Source: an uncultured Candidatus Bathyarchaeia archaeon (GTDB lineage Archaea; Thermoproteota; Bathyarchaeia; Bathyarchaeales; DTEX01). From it: a DNA stretch of 64,000 nucleotides. Below are positions 1 through 9,143 of the stretch, piece after piece. Every line of letters begins with the position of its first letter. Positions within the stretch are counted from its first letter, which is position 1. The stretch lies in NCBI GenBank assembly GCA_964584965.1, contig CAZPBM010000025.1:6081-70080 (forward strand), in the 5' to 3' direction. A program made the translations under genes and the position numbers. The notes beneath the pieces were generated by a model. The model saw only the letters and a program-made list of their open reading frames with translations, did no database searches and was not told where the DNA came from.

Positions 1-275
1 TTGTCTATAAGTTCATCATTTACCTCGTTGGGATAGTGGGCTTCCAAACCGAAACTTGAATCAATCACTCCACAGTCGTAAAGATGCGCAACCCTGTCAA
101 GTGTGTCTTGTATCGAGCCCTTTTCTACATAGGACTCATGAAATCGGCCTCCTCCTGGAAAGAAATACCAGACTCCGGCAGAAAAACGGGGTTCTAGTCG
201 GAAACTCTTCAGATGCTTAAACATTTCCTCTTTGGTTCTTGCAGTTCTCTGGCTACGTAAATCAATCAAGACCAT
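1..275 (-). CDS. xylose-isomerase-like TIM-barrel sugar isomerase/epimerase, N-terminal part (gene runs off the window edge)
   Basis: A reverse-strand ATG (273-275) opens MVLIDLRSQRTARTKEEMFKHLKSFRLEPRFSAGVWYFFPGGGRFHESYVEKGSIQDTLDRVAHLYDCG..., which stays open to position 1. FSAGVWYF..GGRF resembles the N-terminal region of xylose-isomerase-fold enzymes. It is absent from the ORF track because it is truncated. Confidence 0.4.
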   Translation of the reverse strand, partial: MVLIDLRSQRTARTKEEMFKHLKSFRLEPRFSAGVWYFFPGGGRFHESYVEKGSIQDTLDRVAHLYDCGVIDSSFGLEAHYPNEVNDELID

Positions 276-348
276 ATCTCATCATGATAGAATGAACCTT
301 ATCAGCACATAAGATTTTGCATTTACAGTTTGCTCAAAACATGAAGGG

Positions 349-1455
349 TTAACAAATTCTGGGAACGGGGTCACCGATTGGTCTCGCAATTATTCTTTTT
401 CCGCCTACCACTGTTTGCATAGCAACTCCCTTGAACTTTGCTGTTGTTTCTCCGATAATTTCAGCGTCTTTCCCTTCCTCTGTTGACCGCAAGAGGGTTA
501 GGACTTCCTCAGCTTTTTCTTTGACTACGCCGATGACTATTTTTCCTTCGTTGCCTACCTCGAATGGGTCTAAGCCTAGCATCTCGCAGGCTGACCTAAC
601 GTCTTCGCGAATTGGAACCTTCCCTTCTTCAAGGAGTATGCCTACGCCTGACTTGTCACAAAACTCGTTTAGGGCGTCAGCTAACCCTCCACGCGTAGGA
701 TCCTTCATGGCTACAATGCCGCCTGCCTCCTCAAGCAAACGCAATATCAAACGGTTCAAAGGCCTCACATCAGACCTGATTCCGCTTCCGAATCTTAAGC
801 CTTCTTGGGCTGAGAGAACGGCTAGGCCGTGGTCGCCAATAGTGCCTGAAACGATTATTTTTTCGCCAACTGAAAGGTTAGAGTCTAGAATCCATCTAGC
901 TTGGAAATCTTTTCTAAACTTTTTAACAACCATCATGTTTTTTTCGAGAGCCTCAGTTCGCCTACCAACCCCAGAAATGTTGATGACGCATCCCCCTAAG
1001 CTGCCTTTCTCAACCACTTTTGTGTCGCCTGTGACAACCCCGACGCTTGCTTCGACACAAGCATCCCGCATGCTCTTCAATATTCTTTCAAGATCAGCCA
1101 TAGACAAGCCTTCTTCCAAAACGAGACCGCACGCCAGCGCGAAGGGTTCTGCTCCTAAAACTGCTATGTCGTTCACTGTTCCCGAGATGGCTAATCGGCC
1201 GATGTCGCCGCCTGGAAAGAAAATAGGTTTAACCGCGTGAGAATCGCTTTTAAGCACGATGCCGTCCACAACCGCCGCGTCGTCTAAAAAGTTTAGAGGA
1301 ACCTCAGCGAATCCAGAACTTTTTGTGTCTCCCAAATACTTTACAACGGTGTTCTTAACTAGATCATGCATCACAGTTCCGCCTGCACCATGTAGCATTG
1401 TTATTTGCCCATTTTTTGCAGCCATTTTCCAAGTTTCTCCATAATTTCTGAACAA
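349..1455 (-). CDS. hypE: hydrogenase maturation protein HypE
   Basis: The 368-aa ORF is AIR-synthase/PurM-like. It has ITMLHGAGG near the N-terminus and ends ...IGDPVPRIC, the HypE-specific C-terminal PRIC cysteine motif. The true start is probably the internal Met at about 1425. Confidence 0.85.
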   Translation of the reverse strand: MFRNYGETWKMAAKNGQITMLHGAGGTVMHDLVKNTVVKYLGDTKSSGFAEVPLNFLDDAAVVDGIVLKSDSHAVKPIFFPGGDIGRLAISGTVNDIAVLGAEPFALACGLVLEEGLSMADLERILKSMRDACVEASVGVVTGDTKVVEKGSLGGCVINISGVGRRTEALEKNMMVVKKFRKDFQARWILDSNLSVGEKIIVSGTIGDHGLAVLSAQEGLRFGSGIRSDVRPLNRLILRLLEEAGGIVAMKDPTRGGLADALNEFCDKSGVGILLEEGKVPIREDVRSACEMLGLDPFEVGNEGKIVIGVVKEKAEEVLTLLRSTEEGKDAEIIGETTAKFKGVAMQTVVGGKRIIARPIGDPVPRIC

Positions 1456-1535
1456 TTAGCCTTACATGATGATGCGAAGGCTATGTTCCATAAGACTTTA
1501 GTATTCTAAGATTATAATATTTCTGAGCGGGGTTA

Positions 1536-2300
1536 TTGTTGTCTATTTCAGCTAAGCTTGCAGACTACGAGGCGTCTTGGGAGCTATTAAGCAGATTAGG
1601 TTTTGATGAGCTGTTGAAGCTCGGTCGCCAAAACGGCATTAGTTTTGAGAAGAAAGACGCTCAAGGCAACGTTCAAAAAGTAAGGTCGAAAGAAGAGGCC
1701 ATAGATGTTCTTGTCGCCTCAGAGTTCAAGGAGTCTGACCTTATCGAGCTTTTAGGCATAAACAGACTTACCAAAGAAGAACTTCTCCACATTATGGGCA
1801 TCAGGCAACTGAAACAGCTGGCAAAAGAAACTGGTGTGCTGCTTGAAAAACCAACATTGTTCGGAGTAAGAAAGGCAGAAAAAAAGAAAGATGTCATCAA
1901 AGCGTTGAGGGTTCTCTCAGTTCAAAAAGTCAGAGAATACGCTGAAAAAATTGGACTGATTAAAAAGGTTAGAAAGAGAACCAGAACAAGAAAGCCAACC
2001 AGAGTTGCAGCAAAAAAGCCACCTGAAAAAGCAGCAAAAAGAAAGAAAAGAAAAAGAACTCATGAAGCTGAAAAAGTTAAACCCCAGGTCAAGAAAAGGG
2101 TTCAGCCCATGATTGCGCCTGTTACTGTTGAGGAAAAGAAGGTTGAGCCAATCGTAATTCCACCTCAGCAAACACAGTTAAAGACACCGAGAATTTTTGA
2201 GGAAACAGTTAGGGAAATACGGATTGAACGGCAAATCATAAGAAGAAGACTTGTTCCTAAACACCTAAAAAAGGCGAACAAACAAAGAAAGACGCAATAG
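1536..2300 (+). CDS. hypothetical protein with repeated helix-hairpin (Rho-N/SAP-like) modules and a Lys-rich tail
   Basis: 254 aa with a non-ATG start. Three similar modules are visible (LLKLGRQNGISF / LIELLGINRLTKEELLHIMG / VREYAEKIGLIKK). The C-terminal half is extremely K/R/P-rich. No family was recognised. Confidence 0.45.
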   Translation: MLSISAKLADYEASWELLSRLGFDELLKLGRQNGISFEKKDAQGNVQKVRSKEEAIDVLVASEFKESDLIELLGINRLTKEELLHIMGIRQLKQLAKETGVLLEKPTLFGVRKAEKKKDVIKALRVLSVQKVREYAEKIGLIKKVRKRTRTRKPTRVAAKKPPEKAAKRKKRKRTHEAEKVKPQVKKRVQPMIAPVTVEEKKVEPIVIPPQQTQLKTPRIFEETVREIRIERQIIRRRLVPKHLKKANKQRKTQ

Positions 2301-2726
2301 TCAGCTTAACTGATGCCAAAAAACTAGTATCATCTTTCTCATCGGTTCAGTTATTTCATAGTGATCTTCTGGCTTTCTCTTTATTTGCGAGTGTTTCTTT
2401 GGAGATTTGAATACCAGAAAGAGATAAAACAAAATGATTTGCCTAAAGAAAAGCAAATTTGATTTTCAAAGCTCCGATAATAGTTATGCTGTTGGCGATG
2501 ACTTAGTGACCAGTTCAAATATGTAATTTCGTATGTTCGCGTGTTGAGAGTCACTGCTCGTAAGACATACATAGGACTTCTTTGTATGGGTCCTCCTACA
2601 CTAAAGGCGTAGAATACCACGTTAGATGTTTTGACGTCCAATGATGAATGCAGGGCCCTTTCTTGTCGATAAACCGTTCTGCTTTATGGTGTAGGCAATG
2701 CTTTAACGGGCATACTTCATAGATAG

Positions 2727-2987
2727 ATGTTTGTTTACGCAAGACTTCCTAAAACGTTAGGTCACTTGTCGTCTAGATTTGGCGTGAAGTTCCTAGTGCA
2801 TCCAAGCTTGCCCCATGGTGGCATTATGTTAAATTATGAAAAGAAGATACCTGTAGCTTGCAACCTCTGTAGCGAAGAGCCAAAATGCATTGAATTCTGC
2901 CCGGAAGAGGCCTTAGAACTAGTGTCAAAGAACACGGTCTCTCAGAAGACATGGATTTCATCACTTGCAAAACCCCTCATTTTCTAA
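2727..2987 (+). pseudogene. C-terminal half of a 2x[4Fe-4S] ferredoxin-like gene (second cluster motif only)
   Basis: The ORF ends ...SSRFGVKFLV..KKIPVACNLCSEEPKCIEFCPEEALELVS. This is a CxxCx5Cx3CP motif (2859-2903) with no first-cluster motif in this frame or upstream. Confidence 0.4.
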
Positions 2988-3205
2988 AGCGCAGACATAC
3001 TCGCAGACGCCGCAACCAGTACACTTGGATCGGATTGAACAAATCGTCTTACGTCGTGTTTGAGCGTTTTCACGCTGTTAACTGCCAATTCCGTCTTACC
3101 CCACGATTGCCTTAAGACTGACCTCTTGTTTTTCGCGTCTGCTGCTCTTAAACTGTTCTCTTCGTGGACTGGCATGACTGGTTCGTAATGACTTTCAGCA
3201 ACCAA
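2961..3205 (-). pseudogene. N-terminal half of a ferredoxin-like gene, frameshifted
   Basis: The 73-aa ORF (MVAESHYEP...RRFVQSDPS) changes frame at about 3027-3028 (CC run). The adjacent frame then reads KCTGCGVCEYVCALENEGFCK*, a CxxCxxCxxxC motif at 2991-3023. One extra C would give ...FVQSDPKCTGCGVCEYVC. Confidence 0.45.
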
Positions 3206-3226
3206 TCGATACTAACCAATGTGTTA

Positions 3227-3439
3227 TCACTCCATTTTTTCTTTTACATATGCGCTATACAGTTTTTCTCGGCCAGCTTCTTCGCATTCCCGACATGCCT
3301 GACACTCATTTAGCGGTAAAGGTTCAACTTTAATCTCTACACCAAGTTTTCTATACACACCCAGAACCTTTTTCAGATTTGTTTTCTCACCTTCATACAC
3401 AGGTGTCCACAGTTCTCCATCCATTTCAATCACCTTCAT
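3227..3439 (-). CDS. small hypothetical protein with a CxxCxxC motif
   Basis: 70 aa, ATG start, contains LNECQACRECEE. It lies immediately upstream of the ferredoxin-like fragment on the same strand. No family was recognised. Confidence 0.35.
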   Translation of the reverse strand: MKVIEMDGELWTPVYEGEKTNLKKVLGVYRKLGVEIKVEPLPLNECQACRECEEAGREKLYSAYVKEKME

Positions 3440-3600
3440 ACGTTTCGTTAACCTTGACTCTTAGTGCATCATCATGTTTTTTACTTTCCTTGTCTATTCT
3501 GTTGACTGCCTCATTTATGTGTGGAATGGGCTCTGCCTCTTCTCAGTTAATTCTGGTCTGACGGAATACCCTTAAATAAACTTGGCTCCACTTTTTCTGT

Positions 3601-4008
3601 ATGCATGAATGGGCGCTTGCCGAGGCAGTGGTGTCAGCAGCTTCCGAAGTGATTGAAAAAAGTGGAATAGAAGATGTCACTACAATTAATATTGGGATTG
3701 GCGAACTTCAACAGGCTGACCTTGAAATCTTCAAGTTCGCGCTTTCGCAACTCTTAAGTGGTAGATTAAAAGATACAAAAATAAAAATCAAAAAAACACC
3801 TGCAAGGCTCAAATGCAGGGTTTGTGGCTACCGATGGTCATTTAGCAAAACTAGACTTGATGAATCAGCGAAGGAGGCAATTCATTTTGTTCCCGAAATA
3901 GCGCATGCTTTTGTCAGATGCCCAAAGTGTAACAGTCCAGACTTTGAGGTCGAACAGGGACGTGGAGTTTGGATAGAAAACATAGTGGGGAAAAAACGTT
4001 GTGATTGA
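3601..4008 (+). CDS. hypA: hydrogenase nickel-insertion protein HypA
   Basis: It starts MHEWALAEAVV (the HypA MHE Ni-binding N-terminus). It also has the zinc motif CRVCG...CPKCNS. Confidence 0.85.
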   Translation: MHEWALAEAVVSAASEVIEKSGIEDVTTINIGIGELQQADLEIFKFALSQLLSGRLKDTKIKIKKTPARLKCRVCGYRWSFSKTRLDESAKEAIHFVPEIAHAFVRCPKCNSPDFEVEQGRGVWIENIVGKKRCD

Positions 4009-4735
4009 CCCTCGAACAGCAGTCATAAATGAACGACTGAAAAATGTTCGAAACGTCATCGCAGTGTCAAGCGGAAAAGGAGGGGTAGGAAAAACCTTAG
4101 TTGCCTCTGTCCTAGCCTTAAATCTGGCTCGAAAGGGATACAAGGTTGGATTCTTCGACCTTGATTTTACAAGCCCCTCTTCGCACATTGTTCTGGACAT
4201 TGGCGACCAGTATCCTGAAGAAGAAAAAGGTATTGTTCCACCACAAATACACGGTTTAAGGTACATGTCCATCGTTTATTATTCAGCTGACAAAGCGACG
4301 TCGCTTAGAGGTTCCGAAACCTCTGATGCCTTCATCGAACTTTTGACGGTGATAAAATGGGGAAACCTGGACTTTCTCATCTTAGACATGCCGCCTGGAA
4401 TAGGCGACATTACCTTGGACCTTCTTCGATTCATGAAAAATGTCAAGTTTCTCGTAGTCACAACTCCTTCAAGGCTTGCGTTTGAAACTGTAAGAAAACT
4501 GCTCGACTTGCTAAGAGAAACAGGGAATTCTGTGCTTGGCGTCATAGAAAACATGCAGATGCAAGATTCATCGTGGATACGCTCGCAAGTTGAGGCCAAA
4601 GGGTTTCGCTATCTGGGAGCCTTGCCTTTCGACTTTGAACTTGAACAACGCATCAGCAACATCGAAGGAATACTTATGACTAAATTCAGCGAAAACCTGA
4701 AAAAAATCATTGAGAACCTTGAACAAAGCGTATAA
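4001..4735 (+). CDS. Mrp/MinD-family P-loop ATPase (HypB-substitute type, overlaps the hypA stop)
   Basis: It carries the deviant Walker A SSGKGGVGKT and is Mrp/NBP35-like throughout. It overlaps hypA by 8 nt, the arrangement known for the Thermococcus Mrp/MinD-type HypB. Confidence 0.75.
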   Translation: MIDPRTAVINERLKNVRNVIAVSSGKGGVGKTLVASVLALNLARKGYKVGFFDLDFTSPSSHIVLDIGDQYPEEEKGIVPPQIHGLRYMSIVYYSADKATSLRGSETSDAFIELLTVIKWGNLDFLILDMPPGIGDITLDLLRFMKNVKFLVVTTPSRLAFETVRKLLDLLRETGNSVLGVIENMQMQDSSWIRSQVEAKGFRYLGALPFDFELEQRISNIEGILMTKFSENLKKIIENLEQSV

Positions 4736-4780
4736 AATGTTTTTTGGAAAAAAGAGAAGGGTAATTTATTAAAAGCTTTT

Positions 4781-5800
4781 TTATGGACCTTGGTATAGAA
4801 CGTGAACTTTGTTTCCAGCTGGGTCAGGCGTCTTTAAGAATGCAGCTTTAGTTCCCTTCTTGATTTTGGCTTCCTCCAGTTCGAAGCCTTTTTCCTGTAG
4901 GCGTTTGCAGGCTTCCTCGAAGTTGGAAACGTGAACCGCAATGTGACACTTAACAGGCTCAGCAGCTTTCATGATCTCGATTCTTCCAGATCCCTGACCT
5001 GAAATGAAGATGGACGATGTTCCCTCTGTTTTTGTTAACCCAAAAGTGTCTGCGTACCAGTCTGCGATTTCGTCAGCCGTAGCTCCATCGGGATAAAGGC
5101 CTACGTGTTCTATTCCGAGGAACAGCGGTGTTCCTCTTGCTTCTTTTATCCACCATAGGCACTGTTCGACCTTCTTTGTGATAGCTTCGAAGTCTCCTGC
5201 AGCGACAAGTTCCTTCGAAATAAGCTTCGACCCTATGCCGAGTGCAGCTGCTCCTGCCTTAATCCACTCTGAGATGCTTTCACGTGTGGTGTCTACGCCT
5301 CCAGTCGGCATGAGCTTAACCCACGGGCACGGGCCAAGCATATTTTTTATGAATGATGGACCGCCAACTTCTTCACCTGGAAAGACCTTAACTATGTCGC
5401 ATCCCATTTCTTCGGCTTGAGAAATCTCTGTGGCGCTGCCGCATCCAGGCGAGTACGGCACTTTACGTCGGTTGCAGACTTTGGCGATTTCCGGGTTAAA
5501 GACTGGTCCAACCACAAAGTTTGCTCCGCTGTTGATGTAAAGCGCAGCTGTCTCCGGGTCGATGACTGAACCTACGCCGATAATGACGTCTTTGAATGTG
5601 GTGTTAACCCATTTTGCGAGCTCCGCGAAGACTTGATATGCAAAGTCTCCTCTGTTTGTAAACTCGATTACCTTTTGCCCTCCGTCAACGCATGCTTGAA
5701 CGATTTTCTTAGCTGTCTCCAAATCGTCGTGGTAGAAGACAGGCACTAAACCTAGATCTAATATTTTGCCAACGACCACGTGTTTCATGAATTTCGCCAT
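4781..5800 (-). CDS. eda: KDPG/KHG aldolase (Eda family) fused to a C-terminal VOC/glyoxalase-like domain
   Basis: The N-terminal ~220 aa match the Eda pattern (VPVFYHDD..IEFTNRG..GVGSVID..FVVGP..PGCGSATE..VKVFPG..PTGGV). The C-terminal ~115 aa (GIEHVGLYP...HIAVHVSNFEEA...FLKTPDPAGNKVHVLY) look like a VOC-fold domain. Confidence 0.75.
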   Translation of the reverse strand: MAKFMKHVVVGKILDLGLVPVFYHDDLETAKKIVQACVDGGQKVIEFTNRGDFAYQVFAELAKWVNTTFKDVIIGVGSVIDPETAALYINSGANFVVGPVFNPEIAKVCNRRKVPYSPGCGSATEISQAEEMGCDIVKVFPGEEVGGPSFIKNMLGPCPWVKLMPTGGVDTTRESISEWIKAGAAALGIGSKLISKELVAAGDFEAITKKVEQCLWWIKEARGTPLFLGIEHVGLYPDGATADEIADWYADTFGLTKTEGTSSIFISGQGSGRIEIMKAAEPVKCHIAVHVSNFEEACKRLQEKGFELEEAKIKKGTKAAFLKTPDPAGNKVHVLYQGP

Positions 5801-5817
5801 ACTTTCACCCTCTTTTG

Positions 5818-6858
5818 TTACCTTGAAACTCTTCCAGAAACAATTCCAGACATTATTTTTTCAACCTCAGCCACCGAAACGATGTTTGAGTCGCCAAAGA
5901 TGGTGTGCTTAAGACATGAGGCTGCAACAGCAAAGTTGAGAACTCTCTTAAGGTCGCCGCTGAACTTGAGAAGCCCATAGATCAAACCCGCAGCAAACGA
6001 GTCTCCGCCTCCAACTCTGTCAACGATGTCGGTGATGTCGTAGGTTGGAGCAGTGTAGAAAGTCTTTCCGTCATAGAGAACACCTGACCACGTGTTGTGG
6101 CTGGCGCTGATGCTTCCCCGTAACGTGATGGCGACTTTGCTGAGGTTAGGGAACTTCTCCATCAGTTTTTGGGTAACATAAAGGTATTTTTCCGCCTCAA
6201 CTTGTCCTTTAAGAACGTTGACGCCTGGTGCCTTTATGCCAAAAACTTTTTCGGCGTCTTCTTCGTTGCATATCGCGATATCTGCGTATTTTACGAGTTC
6301 TGTCATAACCTCAGTTGCGGTTTTTCCCCATTTCCAAAGCTTGGCACGGTAATTCAAATCGCAGGAAACAGTGAGTCCTTTCTCCTTTGCCTTTTTTGCA
6401 GCTTCGAGGCACGTTACCGCTGCACCTCTACTTATTGCTGGCGTTATGCCTGTCCAGTGGAACCAGCATGCGTCAGCGAAGGATTTGTCCCAGTCTACCA
6501 TTCCTGGTTCAATGGTTGCTATAGATGAGTTTGAACGGTCATAGATTACTTCGCTTCCGCGTTGTGCTGCGCCCATCTCCATGAAGTAAATGCCAAGTCT
6601 TTCTCCTCCACGCACTATTTTGTTTGTTCCAACGCCAAACTGTCTAACGTAGTTCAGACAAGCGTCTCCAATAGCGTTAGCAGGAAGCCTAGTTACGTAG
6701 TCTACTGGAACACCGAAGTTTGCCAAGGCGATTGCTACATTGGCTTCTCCTCCGCCGTAAATGGCGTCGAACGACCTTGCTTGAACGAACCTTAGAAAGT
6801 TTGGTGGCGTAAGCCTAAGCATGATCTCCCCAAAAGTTACAACCTTCTTTTCCAACAT
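5818..6858 (-). CDS. kdgK: 2-keto-3-deoxygluconate kinase (PfkB sugar kinase)
   Basis: VTFGEIMLRLTPP...YGGGEANVAIALANFG and the C-terminal DRVGGGDSFAAGLIYG are PfkB/KdgK signatures. It lies directly upstream of eda on the same strand. Confidence 0.75.
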   Translation of the reverse strand: MLEKKVVTFGEIMLRLTPPNFLRFVQARSFDAIYGGGEANVAIALANFGVPVDYVTRLPANAIGDACLNYVRQFGVGTNKIVRGGERLGIYFMEMGAAQRGSEVIYDRSNSSIATIEPGMVDWDKSFADACWFHWTGITPAISRGAAVTCLEAAKKAKEKGLTVSCDLNYRAKLWKWGKTATEVMTELVKYADIAICNEEDAEKVFGIKAPGVNVLKGQVEAEKYLYVTQKLMEKFPNLSKVAITLRGSISASHNTWSGVLYDGKTFYTAPTYDITDIVDRVGGGDSFAAGLIYGLLKFSGDLKRVLNFAVAASCLKHTIFGDSNIVSVAEVEKIMSGIVSGRVSR

Positions 6859-7028
6859 AGACCTCTCCGTAATTGTTTAACTGTTTCTTCTTTACTCAAT
6901 TTAACTGTTTTCCCATTCTCAACCCTTTTTTTGTCATTTCCCGATTTTGGTTTTGAGGCACATGGATGCGAACCCTTATCTTGTTGCTGGACTCTATTCA
7001 TGTTAGTGGAAAGGTTTAGTGTGTTGTA

Positions 7029-7706
7029 ATGGTTCCCGTTCATGAAGACTGTTCACTTTGCGGCGTAACCGTTCCTTATTATGCACTTTCTCGGTGTAAC
7101 AGATGTAAGAAGCTATTTTGTAGAAACTGCCTTGTCAACGATGAGGAAGGAAAACCAACCTGCCTGAGGTGCGCCAAACGAAGGCTGATGCCTGCTGCTC
7201 CTAGAAGCAAATACGCGCCTCTCAGCCAATTTTTGGTTCGAAGGGCACAGTACACCGACTTTGTGACCCTTTCATTCAGGTTTATTGAAGAAATTCTCGG
7301 CGACAAACTACCAGACTCTGCATACTCAAGTGAAAGGTGGTGGAGCAACCGCTTAAGTCATTCAGCTTCCGAATCTTGGCTAACAGTGGGCTGGATGATT
7401 GAAAACGTGAATTTAGCTAAAAAAAGGGTGTCATTCAAAAAGAAAGTTTCCACCTTAAGACGTACTCAAAAGAAAAGGCAAAGACGAAAACCTTTGTCGC
7501 CTGCTTTTAAGGCATTGGCCCTGAAACGTAAACCGAAGAAACCTTTAGGCCCCTCAAAGACAAAGATAGCTAAGACATTGGCAAGATACAAAAATATTGG
7601 AAGACAAAAAGCTATGCCTCAACCCATTAAAGGAAAATTTAAACCAAAAAGTGCTTATGAAAAGAAACTTTACAAGCCAACTGAGAAGCCAAAGCAGACA
7701 GCCTAA
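7029..7706 (+). CDS. zinc-ribbon protein with a YAPL..WWSN domain and a Lys-rich tail
   Basis: The N-terminus is CSLCG..CNRCKKLFCRNC..CLRC. The middle region YAPLSQFL..LSFRFIEEILGDKLPDSAYSSERWWSN...WLTVGWMIENVNL..VSFKK resembles a widespread small uncharacterised domain. The tail is very K-rich. Confidence 0.5.
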   Translation: MVPVHEDCSLCGVTVPYYALSRCNRCKKLFCRNCLVNDEEGKPTCLRCAKRRLMPAAPRSKYAPLSQFLVRRAQYTDFVTLSFRFIEEILGDKLPDSAYSSERWWSNRLSHSASESWLTVGWMIENVNLAKKRVSFKKKVSTLRRTQKKRQRRKPLSPAFKALALKRKPKKPLGPSKTKIAKTLARYKNIGRQKAMPQPIKGKFKPKSAYEKKLYKPTEKPKQTA

Positions 7707-7796
7707 GGTATTTCACAAAAAAAGTTTTACTTAGAAAACCTTTTAGAAGCTGTCTAAGATACAATCTGTTCAAATAAACACAGCTGGGTTTAGGGT

Positions 7797-9101
7797 ATGG
7801 ACGAGTTTGTTGACGTCTCATCTGTACTCTCTGGACAATACACAGGAAAGACTGTTCAAATTCGCGGTTGGCTTGACAATATGCGGTCAAGTGGCGGTAT
7901 ACATTTCTTCATGATTCGCGACGGAACAGGCATAATTCAGTGTACTATGAAAAAAGGCAAAGTGGACGATGCGAAGTTTGAGGAGGCAAAAAATCTTACT
8001 CAAGAATCCTCTTTGGGGCTCATAGGAACAGTTTTCGAGGACAAAAGAGCTCCTGGCGGGTACGAGATTAGAATTGAAAACATAAACGTCGTCCACCTAG
8101 CTGAGGCAGATTATCCAATTGCGAAGAAGTTTCACGGTCCAGAGTTTCTTCTTGACCATAGACATCTGTGGATAAGAAGTCCGAAGATGCAAGCCATACT
8201 TCGAGTAAGGTCAAAGTTCCTCGAAGCAGCAAGAGAATGGTTCCAAAACAATGGCTACACCGAGTTTCACTCTCCTACACTGATAACAGCTGCATGTGAA
8301 GGTGGCTCAACGCTTTTCTCCGTAAAATACTTCGAGCAGGAAGCATACCTTAGCCAGAGCTGGCAGCTTTATGCAGAGGCAGCTATAGCCAGTTTGGGCA
8401 AAATCTACACACTTGCTCCATCATTTCGAGCTGAAAAATCCAGAACTCGAAGACACCTTACTGAGTACTGGCACCTCGAAGCTGAAGCACCTTGGTGCGA
8501 TTTAGACTGCATAATGAAGGTTCAAGAGAGCCTTTTAGGCCACATCTTCACGAAGTTAGCGGAAAAAGCAGCGAAAGAACTTGAAATGCTAGGTAGACCT
8601 CCACAGGAAATTTTACGTATGTCGCCGCCTTTTCAACGAGTCCGATATGACGAGGTTGTTAGCATCCTCGAAAAGAGGGGGGTAAAATTCGAGTATGGAA
8701 ACGACCTTGGTTGGGTTGAGGAGAAGCAGCTCACCGAGGAGTTTGATAAGCCCTTCTTCGTTACTCACTTCCCAGAGGACATTAAGGCCTTCTACCATAA
8801 GCCAGACCCAGCTAATCCAGACGTCACATTGTCAGTTGACCTTTTAGCTCCTGAAGGTTACGGTGAAATTACGGGTGGTGGACAGAGAATTCACGATTTA
8901 GGCGAGTTGCTGAAGAGGATAGAGGAAGAAAACCTTAATCCGAAAGATTACGAGTGGTACATCGACCTCAGAAGATATGGCTCAGTGCCTCATTCAGGAT
9001 TCGGCTTAGGCGTCGAACGGACAGTTGCATGGATATGCAAGCTTGAACACATAAGAGACGCAATAGCATTTCCAAGGTTGATTAATAGGGTCTACCCATA
9101 G
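7797..9101 (+). CDS. asnS: asparagine--tRNA ligase (class IIb)
   Basis: It has an OB anticodon-binding N-terminus and the class II motifs FRAEKSRTRRHLTEYWHLEAE and GFGLGVERTVAWI. The C-terminal FPR is not followed by D, which favours AsnRS over AspRS. AspRS is not fully excluded. Confidence 0.7.
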   Translation: MDEFVDVSSVLSGQYTGKTVQIRGWLDNMRSSGGIHFFMIRDGTGIIQCTMKKGKVDDAKFEEAKNLTQESSLGLIGTVFEDKRAPGGYEIRIENINVVHLAEADYPIAKKFHGPEFLLDHRHLWIRSPKMQAILRVRSKFLEAAREWFQNNGYTEFHSPTLITAACEGGSTLFSVKYFEQEAYLSQSWQLYAEAAIASLGKIYTLAPSFRAEKSRTRRHLTEYWHLEAEAPWCDLDCIMKVQESLLGHIFTKLAEKAAKELEMLGRPPQEILRMSPPFQRVRYDEVVSILEKRGVKFEYGNDLGWVEEKQLTEEFDKPFFVTHFPEDIKAFYHKPDPANPDVTLSVDLLAPEGYGEITGGGQRIHDLGELLKRIEEENLNPKDYEWYIDLRRYGSVPHSGFGLGVERTVAWICKLEHIRDAIAFPRLINRVYP

Positions 9102-9143
9102 CTGAACGTTCAGGTTCTTAGGTTTTTCAACTTTGCTTTTAAC

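Noticed and set aside
431-1240. A 269-aa plus-strand ORF.
   Set aside because: It is entirely antisense to hypE and is S/P/T-rich, shadow-frame type sequence.
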